Source: Spirochaetota bacterium
GTDB lineage: Bacteria; Spirochaetota; UBA4802; UB4802
Direction of reading: 5' to 3'
DNA length: 64,000 nt
Assembly: GCA_040756435.1 (NCBI GenBank)
Contig: JBFLZD010000006.1
Location: 26,145 to 90,144, forward strand
Notes under the pieces: model-generated
What the model saw: only the letters and a program-made list of their open reading frames with translations
Database searches by the model: none
What the model was told of the DNA's origin: nothing
Position numbers and translations under genes: made by a program
Shown: positions 56,873 to 64,000 of the stretch, in pieces
Numbering within the stretch: position 1 is the stretch's first letter
How the letters are laid out: every line of letters begins with the position of its first letter

Positions 56873-58239
56873 TGCAGATGGATGATACAATATGTGCTCC
56901 GGCAACTCCACCGGTACATTCACCAATAGCCATTATACGGATAAGCGGCCCTGATTCATTACGGGTCGCTTCTTCTATATTCAAGGCACAACGGCACACA
57001 CAAGAATTTATTCCCCGATATGCATATTATGGTAGTATTCATGATAATAATGAAGAAATTGATGATTGTATTGTAATTTATTATAAACGCCCACAAAGTT
57101 ACACAGGCGAGGATATGGTGGAGATATTCTGCCATGGCAATCCGATTATAGTAAATAAAATAATGAATTGTATTGTTGCACTCAATGTGCGTATAGCTGA
57201 ACCGGGTGAGTTTACCCGACGGGCATTTTTACATGGCAAGATGGACCTGACTGAAGCTGAAGCAATAAACCATATAATTGCTGCGCGCAGTGAATGGGAG
57301 ATAGCTACCGCAATACAGCAAAAGCATGGGTCATTGAAAAATGCGATCAGTGATATTAAACAGCACATCATTGAATTGAAGGCAGATATTGAATGTGCTA
57401 TTGACTTTGTGGATGAAGATATTGAGATTATATCGTTTGAAAATGCACAACAAAGGATGCACACCATAATTAATAAAATACACGATATACTTAATAGATG
57501 CAAGATTGGCCAGCATCTTTCACACGGTATTGATATTGCAATTGTAGGCAAACCCAACGCAGGAAAATCCAGCTTTCTAAACTGTATACTCAATCATGAA
57601 CGGGCAATAGTATCTGATACGCCAGGAACAACCCGCGACGTCATCAAAGAATCGGTTTCAATTAAAGGTATTCAATGCAACTTGCTTGATACAGCTGGCA
57701 TACATGAAAAAGCAGATGGGATTGAACTTTTAGGTGTGCAGCGCAGCTACAGGCTGATAGATGAAGTGTCTCTCATAATTTTTATTATTGATGCAGTAAC
57801 GGGACTGACTTCTGATGATGATCATATTATAAAATTAATTGGCAATAAGCCGTTTATACCAGTCATTAATAAAGCTGATATTGCACCGGAAGAATCAATA
57901 GCAATGATTCAGGATGCTATAGGGCAAAAAGGAGTTGTGTTTTCTGCAAAAACAGGCTATGGTGTTTCTTCACTGGAGGATGCTGTATATCAATTTATCA
58001 AGTCACAGTATGTTGAGTATAAAAATTCCTTTATTGCTGACATTCGTATGATACAGTTACTGGAACAGTCTCTGATATATGCACAGGAAGCGCTTCATCA
58101 AATAATTGTTTGCAGCCCCCATGAAATTATTGCATCAGCGCTTCAAAATGTTATTGATACAATACAAGCGGTTACCGGTGAAATTTCCGTTGATGATGTG
58201 CTGAATTCAATTTTTTCACGCTTTTGTATTGGGAAGTGA
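56872..58239 (+). CDS. mnmE: tRNA modification GTPase MnmE
   Basis: G1 GKPNAGKSS, G3 DTAG, NKAD, C-terminal CIGK; start overlaps the jag stop. Confidence 0.95.
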   Translation: MQMDDTICAPATPPVHSPIAIIRISGPDSLRVASSIFKAQRHTQEFIPRYAYYGSIHDNNEEIDDCIVIYYKRPQSYTGEDMVEIFCHGNPIIVNKIMNCIVALNVRIAEPGEFTRRAFLHGKMDLTEAEAINHIIAARSEWEIATAIQQKHGSLKNAISDIKQHIIELKADIECAIDFVDEDIEIISFENAQQRMHTIINKIHDILNRCKIGQHLSHGIDIAIVGKPNAGKSSFLNCILNHERAIVSDTPGTTRDVIKESVSIKGIQCNLLDTAGIHEKADGIELLGVQRSYRLIDEVSLIIFIIDAVTGLTSDDDHIIKLIGNKPFIPVINKADIAPEESIAMIQDAIGQKGVVFSAKTGYGVSSLEDAVYQFIKSQYVEYKNSFIADIRMIQLLEQSLIYAQEALHQIIVCSPHEIIASALQNVIDTIQAVTGEISVDDVLNSIFSRFCIGK

Positions 58240-58251
58240 TGTTGAAACTGT

Positions 58252-60924
58252 ATGAATAAATTAGTAACAGTAACGGCTATTGTACTGGTGGCGATAGTTC
58301 CTGTAAAAGCCCTGCCTGTTATCAGTGAAGACAGTAAGCAAATATACTGTAACGGTAATTCACTCAGTATAATAGAACAGTATGAAAAAGAAATAGTATC
58401 AGGAAAAGCATATCCTGCATTAATTCTGGCAGATATTCATCATATACAACAAGTTGCAGGAATCAGTAAAACATTGTTGTTACTTAAAGAATTAATCAGA
58501 AGTGCTAATACAGATGCTGAAAGGCTTTATATTCAGGATATTGTTAACGTAATAGATGCGTTAAACCAAAAAGACACCACAAAGGGTAGCAATCGATGGG
58601 ATATATACGATAATATCAAAGAAAAAATGCCAAAAAGCATTGCAGCCCTTCAATGCACCAATAGCCCCTGTTTTTTATCAGACAAAAATAAGGTACGTGT
58701 ATTCCAATATCAAAATGGGTTTATCCCTGTTGAGCAATTTACTCAGGACTATAACGCTACTGGCCTTTGCAGAGGGTCTTTTAAATCCAGTGTACCTGTT
58801 ACACTCAGGATTTATTCAAATATGGATTATGTTTGTTATATTAACGGGAAAAAAATATGTGTTAATGCTCTGACGGATAAAAAAAAGTTGGTTAGGATGT
58901 TTCATATAGAATCTGAAGGTGGTTTTACTGTTGCACTATATTATAAACCTGTTGAAAACATGTTCTTGAAGATACAGTTTTATGATGATACTAACCAGAT
59001 TATACATTTACCTGATACAGAACATTTATTTTATCATGATGTCCAATGGTATGAATCATATTATGAATATGAAAATCAATTGCTTACACAGTATAATAAA
59101 CAACGTTCCAATAATGCAACTTTTGAGCTGGCACTTTTTTATGAATCACTGCAAAGTCATGAAGCATTGAAATATTATAAAGAAGCTTTACAATCATATA
59201 ATGAGTTTGTAGCTTGCAGATTTTTATCTTTGTTGATGAAATATAAAAACAAGCTTCCAGGACATGAACTGGTAATGCACAGTATATTGAAAAATAATGA
59301 AAAGTTTACATCGGTATTATGGCAAAACTACTATGATTATATATATAAAAAGAAATCTTTAGATGTTACTCAGGTGCACTATCTGCCCTTACTAATTTAC
59401 CTGTTGTATCGAGAAAAAGATGTACTGATGAGTAAAAGAGCAAATCTTGAAACTTTGCTTGAACGGTACCCTTTCAGTCATGATCTTGGCTATATTGTTG
59501 CTAAAATTATAGCATACCATGACATTACAAAAGCCATTAGTTTATTAGAATCAATACCACAACCAGATGATACTGTGAGAGCTTTATTGATACAATGCTA
59601 TGAGCAGAATGAGCAATTTGAATCGATAGTATCTATTGTTGAGCACATTAATGCAAATAGATATTTTGATAATTATATTCATGCTCTCATAGCATTAAAG
59701 AGATACAATGATGCAAAAAGTGCCTTGTTTAAAAGAATAGCCCAGGGTTTTGATTCACATGCATATGCATTACTTGCAACAATAGCTGATTTGGAAGGCT
59801 CTGATGGAAGTATGTACCAACAAAAGCATGAGGCGATAGTTTCTGGTATACCATGGCATGGTGATTATTTAAAGAATGCTTTTGATGATTATGTGCGTAA
59901 AACTGTTTTTTCACGATTAGCTTTTGAAACAATACAAAGAAAAGCTTCTGGATTACTGTATTCTTGTTACGCATTAAGAATTATTAATACTACTGTATAT
60001 TGTTCAGTGTATGACCTGTATTATACTGGTAGTTTGTCACAGATAAATGATTATGCTTTTAGTAAAGATGTAACAATAACAGGATGTACACTATACCTGA
60101 TTACTGATAACGGAAAGATTGAGAAAAAGAAAATAAACTATATATACAATTCACAACAAAAGGGAATTAAGGCATGTTGTGAAGAAAACCCGAACAGCTA
60201 TGCTCTGATAGAATTATCATTTATTATAAACAAGGAAATTCCAATAATACGCATCCAGCAGAATTATAATTTATCACAATTTGACATGGACATTCTTGTT
60301 ATGGATTCACAGAATAAGTTTACTTTTGTAACAGAAATGAAGGGGCAAGTTACAAAAGAAGAGCATGGTATACAGCACATCAGATTTAATGACGATGAGC
60401 TATCGGCACATACTAACAGGAATTTTATGGTGATGGCACTTACATCTGAAAACCTGACTCAATGGATTAATGTTGAGAGTACACGGTTTAAAATTGCCGA
60501 TTATTTTGTTACTGATACTGAATTAAATGGAAATACTGTTGAAGCAATGGTAGCAGAGCTTATGGGAAAATTAAAACAGTATACCATAAATCCCAACCCA
60601 TATACAAGTACATCGCTTTTACAATTTGCCAGCTCAGGAAAAGGCACACAGCTTGATGCAATACTGTATTCACAGTATATGCTGGCAAAAAATGGAATCA
60701 TGTCATATATTGCATTTGGTTGTTCAAGTTCAAATAGATTTACTGATAAGTTAAATAAGGATAATGGATTATACTTTGATACGGTAATGCTGTATATACC
60801 ACTTACCAATGAAAAAGGGGTATGGCTTACCTGTGACGACACATATCCCTCTTCTGATAAAATTGATATTGATAATATTCTGCTTGTTGTTGGTGATGAG
60901 ATTATTCTACAATCAAAACAATAA
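58252..60924 (+). CDS. 890-aa secreted hypothetical protein, possibly with a degenerate transglutaminase-like C-terminal domain
   Basis: Signal peptide MNKLVTVTAIVLVAIVPVKA; helical repeat-like middle. C-terminal GKGTQLDAILYSQYMLAKNGI...YFDTVMLYIPL..GVWLTCDDT resembles a transglutaminase core without the Cys nucleophile (tentative). Confidence 0.8.
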   Translation: MNKLVTVTAIVLVAIVPVKALPVISEDSKQIYCNGNSLSIIEQYEKEIVSGKAYPALILADIHHIQQVAGISKTLLLLKELIRSANTDAERLYIQDIVNVIDALNQKDTTKGSNRWDIYDNIKEKMPKSIAALQCTNSPCFLSDKNKVRVFQYQNGFIPVEQFTQDYNATGLCRGSFKSSVPVTLRIYSNMDYVCYINGKKICVNALTDKKKLVRMFHIESEGGFTVALYYKPVENMFLKIQFYDDTNQIIHLPDTEHLFYHDVQWYESYYEYENQLLTQYNKQRSNNATFELALFYESLQSHEALKYYKEALQSYNEFVACRFLSLLMKYKNKLPGHELVMHSILKNNEKFTSVLWQNYYDYIYKKKSLDVTQVHYLPLLIYLLYREKDVLMSKRANLETLLERYPFSHDLGYIVAKIIAYHDITKAISLLESIPQPDDTVRALLIQCYEQNEQFESIVSIVEHINANRYFDNYIHALIALKRYNDAKSALFKRIAQGFDSHAYALLATIADLEGSDGSMYQQKHEAIVSGIPWHGDYLKNAFDDYVRKTVFSRLAFETIQRKASGLLYSCYALRIINTTVYCSVYDLYYTGSLSQINDYAFSKDVTITGCTLYLITDNGKIEKKKINYIYNSQQKGIKACCEENPNSYALIELSFIINKEIPIIRIQQNYNLSQFDMDILVMDSQNKFTFVTEMKGQVTKEEHGIQHIRFNDDELSAHTNRNFMVMALTSENLTQWINVESTRFKIADYFVTDTELNGNTVEAMVAELMGKLKQYTINPNPYTSTSLLQFASSGKGTQLDAILYSQYMLAKNGIMSYIAFGCSSSNRFTDKLNKDNGLYFDTVMLYIPLTNEKGVWLTCDDTYPSSDKIDIDNILLVVGDEIILQSKQ

Positions 60925-60930
60925 GTGATG

Positions 60931-61026
60931 CTACTTAGCTAACTTTTTTGCCATTAATTTTTTCTTTCTTTTAAGTCTTCGTTTTGCGCGTTTACGCTTA
61001 ATGCGTGGATTATACTGCTTACTCAT
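60931..61026 (-). CDS. 31-aa highly basic small protein (candidate ribosome-associated peptide)
   Basis: Not in the ORF track. GGGAGGA SD 8 nt upstream of ATG 61026. Reads MSKQYNPRIKRKRAKRRLKRKKKLMAKKLAK; composition resembles bS22/eL41-type peptides. Confidence 0.4.
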   Translation of the reverse strand: MSKQYNPRIKRKRAKRRLKRKKKLMAKKLAK

Positions 61027-61097
61027 AAATTATTTGTCCTCCCTGAAGTTATTACATAACACAGAAAAAATGATATCAGGTAATGTCAACAGATTTT

Positions 61098-61793
61098 TTA
61101 TATTCCCCTGATTTCACAGAAAGTAGCAAATGTTTTTACAAACTTCTGGAATGAATATAATACATCTTTGGGATAGGGTTTAACTGTATGGAGGGATTCA
61201 TCCAGTGTGTGCTGGTTGTGAAATTGTTGCAGATAATAATACATCACTTTGCCCACACGCTCTTTTATACTATGAAGATCTTCAATGGTTACAAATCCCG
61301 GTACACAGGTTGTCCTGAGTTCAAAAGATATTTGGTGTTCTTTGAGTAGTGCAATTGATTCAATGATTAAATCAAATGGGAGTTTTGCTTTTGTCAATAC
61401 TGGATATTTTTCAGGTGATGTTTTAATATCTATTGCTACGTAATCGACAAGCTTTTGCAATAGTAATTTTTTCAACACGTTAGGCTGAAATCCGTTAGTG
61501 TCCAATTTTACTTTCAAGCCTGTTTCTTTTAACTTTCCTAAAAAAGGAATAATACCCTTTGCAAGTGTTGGTTCGCCACCGGTAATGACAACACCACCAA
61601 TAAGGTGCTTTCGTTTTTGTATAAATTCAAGCACCTCATGGTTTGAATATTGTTGTAAATTACAATCATTGCACGCCAGGGATGCATTATGGCAGTAAAG
61701 ACAGCGTAAATTGCATCCACCGGTAAAAAGGACAGTGCTGATAACCTGTGGGAAGTCAATGAGTGAGGTTTTTTGAATACCCCGAATATTCAT
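61098..61793 (-). CDS. nrdG: anaerobic ribonucleoside-triphosphate reductase activating protein (radical SAM)
   Basis: CNLRCLYCHN radical-SAM cluster motif, GGEPTL, 231 aa, adjacent to nrdD. Confidence 0.93.
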   Translation of the reverse strand: MNIRGIQKTSLIDFPQVISTVLFTGGCNLRCLYCHNASLACNDCNLQQYSNHEVLEFIQKRKHLIGGVVITGGEPTLAKGIIPFLGKLKETGLKVKLDTNGFQPNVLKKLLLQKLVDYVAIDIKTSPEKYPVLTKAKLPFDLIIESIALLKEHQISFELRTTCVPGFVTIEDLHSIKERVGKVMYYYLQQFHNQHTLDESLHTVKPYPKDVLYSFQKFVKTFATFCEIRGI

Positions 61794-61947
61794 GTGTATT
61801 TACCTTAAATAATTCATCTTTCATAAACTCTTTTCTTTCATGAAATTCTTCCTGTTTCCCTTTATTCCACTGGTTCACTGGCCTGAAATACCCAACAACC
61901 CTTGAGTAGACTTCAACAGGTATCTTTTTTTCATGATGCTTTTGCAT
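61756..61947 (-). CDS. stand-alone NrdD C-terminal glycyl-radical domain protein
   Basis: 63-aa ORF with GGAGG 7 nt upstream of the ATG. Contains EVYSRVVGYFRPVNQWNKGKQEEFHERK, the conserved class III RNR glycyl-radical loop (RVxGY). Overlaps the nrdG start by 38 nt. Confidence 0.75.
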   Translation of the reverse strand: MQKHHEKKIPVEVYSRVVGYFRPVNQWNKGKQEEFHERKEFMKDELFKVNTHEYSGYSKNLTH

Positions 61948-61988
61948 TATAAAACCTCCATTTAAATATAAACAAAATTATAAATTTC

Positions 61989-64000
61989 TTACTGCTGTAC
62001 CTGTGCTTCAATCTGCAATGGCTTACTATCTTCAATTTCGACATCTATCCCAAACATCTCAAGTTCTTCTTTTGTATGCTCATACGGACAGAATTTATGA
62101 TTACCCGGTATATACCCATGAACGGGGCAAATACTGAATGTTGGCGTAATGGTAAAATATGGTATATGGTAGTTATAGGCAATGGTCTTAACCAGAAGTT
62201 TTACCATCTGGGGATCATCAATCTTTTCACCTATAAAGCAATGCACTACCGTGCCCCCGGTGAATTTTGACTGCAGTTGGTCCTGATGGTCAAGCAAATC
62301 AAATATATCGTGAGCAAATCCTACCGGTGGATGAATAGAGTTAGTGTAATATGGCTCGTTTTTGCCGGATGTTATGATGTCAGGAAATCTGTTTTTATCG
62401 TGGCGTGCAAACCGGTAGCTTACTCCTTCAGCAGGTGTTGCTTCTAAATTGTATAAATTGCCTGTTTCATGCTGATAGGCGGTAATTTTATCCCGCATAA
62501 AATCCAGTACCTGAGCAGTGAACTCTTTACCTTCTTCAGTTGTTATGTCCTGACCTAAAAGATTAAGGCAGGCTTCGTTCATCCCAACAAGACCAATCGT
62601 TGAGAAATGGTTAACCCAGTATTTTTTGAATCGTTTATATACATCACGAAGATAGAATTTAGTATAGGGATAAAGATTATTAGCAGTAAAGTTTTCCAGA
62701 ACTTTACGCTTAATTTCTAATGAATTCCGAGCTAAATCCATTAAATGAGATAAGTTATCAAAAAATTCATCTTTCGTTTTGGCAAGATACCCTAAACGTG
62801 GCATATTTATAGTTACAACACCAATACTTCCAGTTAGTGGATTTGCACCAAAAAGACCGCCACCCCGCTTGCGTAATTCCCTGTTATCAAGTCGCAGGCG
62901 GCAGCACATGGAACGTGCATCATCTGGATCCATGTCGGAGTTAACAAAGTTTGCAAAATAGGGTATGCCATATTTTGCAGTAATTTCCCATAGCAGGTTT
63001 AAAGATGGATTGTCCCAGTCAAAATCTTTTGAAATATTGTATGTAGGTATGGGAAATGTAAAAATTCTGTGGCGGGCATCTCCTTCAAGCATGCATTCGG
63101 CAAAGGCGGTATTGAAGATATCCATCTCTTTTTGAAATTGTGCATATGTTTCGTCCATGAATTGTCCACCAATGATCACATGTTCATCAGCTATGGAGTG
63201 GGGAACAGTAAGGTCAAGTGTTACATTGGTAAATGGGGTCTGGAATCCTACACGGGTAGGTATATTCATGTTGAAGATAAATTCCTGTAGGCACTGTTTT
63301 ACGCCTGCATAATCCAAGTTATCGTAGCGTATGAATGGAGCAAGATACGTATCAAAGTTTGCAAATGCCTGAGCACCGGCAGATTCACCCTGCAGGGTAT
63401 AGAAAAAATTAACTATCTGTCCCAATGCACTTCTGAAATGTTTTGCAGGTCTGCTTTCAACTTTGCCGGGAACACCACCAAAACCGGTTAATAAAAGGTC
63501 ACGCAAATCCCACCCAACGCAGTATGCAGAAAGCAACCCTAAATCATGTAAATGCATATCACAGTTAACATGTGCATCCCTGATTTCGGGAGGATAAATT
63601 CGTTCAAGCCAGTATTTAGCGGTTACTGCAGATGCGATATGATTGTTTAAACCCTGCAAAGAATAACTCATATTGCTGTTTTCGTTCACACGCCAGTCTG
63701 ATCTGTCAAGGTAATCTTCAATAAGCTGAATGCCTTCATTTAAAAGGCTTTTTCCTTCGCGTATTTTGCGGTGCTGCTCACGGTACAGAATATAAGCTTT
63801 TGCAACTTTTGCATGCCCTTTCTCTATGAGCATCTTTTCAACTAAATCCTGAACATTTTCAACTGTTGGAATATGCTCACCTTTATATAATAAGGACAAT
63901 ATATCAACAACCGATTCAGCAATTTGAGCTGCAGTATTTCTGTCAGTGCCACCAACAGCACGGGCAGCCTTGAATATTGCTTCTGTGATCTTTTCTATAT
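61989..64000 (-). CDS. nrdD: anaerobic ribonucleoside-triphosphate reductase large chain, 5'-partial, lacking the glycyl-radical tail
   Basis: The track ORF starts at an internal TTG (63899). The frame stays open to the window edge and reads ..IEKITEAIFKAARAVGGTDRNTAAQIAESVVDILSLLYKGEH.. (ATP-cone). Class III core follows, ending ..TPTFSICPVHGYIPGNHKFCPYEH..QVQQ*. Confidence 0.92.
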   Translation of the reverse strand, partial: IEKITEAIFKAARAVGGTDRNTAAQIAESVVDILSLLYKGEHIPTVENVQDLVEKMLIEKGHAKVAKAYILYREQHRKIREGKSLLNEGIQLIEDYLDRSDWRVNENSNMSYSLQGLNNHIASAVTAKYWLERIYPPEIRDAHVNCDMHLHDLGLLSAYCVGWDLRDLLLTGFGGVPGKVESRPAKHFRSALGQIVNFFYTLQGESAGAQAFANFDTYLAPFIRYDNLDYAGVKQCLQEFIFNMNIPTRVGFQTPFTNVTLDLTVPHSIADEHVIIGGQFMDETYAQFQKEMDIFNTAFAECMLEGDARHRIFTFPIPTYNISKDFDWDNPSLNLLWEITAKYGIPYFANFVNSDMDPDDARSMCCRLRLDNRELRKRGGGLFGANPLTGSIGVVTINMPRLGYLAKTKDEFFDNLSHLMDLARNSLEIKRKVLENFTANNLYPYTKFYLRDVYKRFKKYWVNHFSTIGLVGMNEACLNLLGQDITTEEGKEFTAQVLDFMRDKITAYQHETGNLYNLEATPAEGVSYRFARHDKNRFPDIITSGKNEPYYTNSIHPPVGFAHDIFDLLDHQDQLQSKFTGGTVVHCFIGEKIDDPQMVKLLVKTIAYNYHIPYFTITPTFSICPVHGYIPGNHKFCPYEHTKEELEMFGIDVEIEDSKPLQIEAQVQQ

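Noticed and set aside
61940-61995. Simple frameshift/pseudogene explanation for the nrdD split
   Set aside because: The two ORFs are in different frames. The downstream frame has its own in-frame TAA 11 codons before the ATG, and a canonical GGAGG precedes that ATG. A single indel therefore cannot restore one ORF. Assembly error is still possible and is flagged as the main check.
63897-63899. TTG at 63899 as the nrdD start codon
   Set aside because: The frame remains open to the window edge. The upstream residues (IEKITEAIFKAARAVGG...) form the first half of an ATP-cone, so the real start is outside the window.
1-64000. tRNA, rRNA, tmRNA, RNase P RNA, IS elements, prophage or defence islands
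   Set aside because: Scanning both strands by eye, I saw no tRNA T-arm consensus (GGTTCGAATCC-like), no long untranslated GC-rich stretches apart from the 23.9-kb repeat, and no transposase, integrase, restriction, Cas or toxin-like ORFs. A tRNAscan/Infernal run would be needed to be certain.

Overview
Visibly AT-rich, gene-dense 64-kb bacterial chromosomal segment with about 60 protein genes. Reading by eye, I found no rRNA, tRNA, CRISPR array, transposase, integrase or recognisable defence or toxin genes. Most of the content is core function. Nucleotide and cofactor synthesis: nadE, pyrB, pyrC, guaB, purD. Translation and membrane biogenesis: leuS and rpmH-rnpA-yidD-yidC-jag-mnmE. Also radA, ppdK, dsbD and an anaerobic class III ribonucleotide reductase locus (nrdD/nrdG). 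The MlaD-like protein, beta-barrel proteins, lipoproteins and nrdDG point to an anaerobic diderm host. Lipid catabolism is a strong second theme. It includes a 2,4-dienoyl-CoA reductase-like enzyme and two acyl-CoA synthetases. It also includes a tight beta-oxidation cluster (thiolase, SCP2 carrier, TetR regulator, two acyl-CoA dehydrogenases, 3-hydroxyacyl-CoA dehydrogenase, enoyl-CoA hydratase) next to a secreted START-like lipid-binding protein. I did not find a convincing self-contained novel multi-gene system. The observations most worth follow-up are these: (1) nrdD is naturally split, with the glycyl-radical loop encoded by a separate 63-codon ORF that has its own Shine-Dalgarno (SD) sequence. 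(2) Two copies of a roughly 80-nt element with inverted termini, one carrying a nested GC-rich palindromic insertion. (3) Two perfect palindromes sharing the core TACTGACATGTCAGTA that bracket the TetR gene of the beta-oxidation cluster. (4) Two paralogous CsgG-like lipoprotein plus small beta-barrel modules. (5) A stand-alone DbpA-type RNA-binding-domain protein coupled to a Zn-ribbon SAM methyltransferase. (6) A sigma28-like promoter in front of a 56-aa ORF. All functional calls come from motifs read in the supplied translations. No database search was possible.
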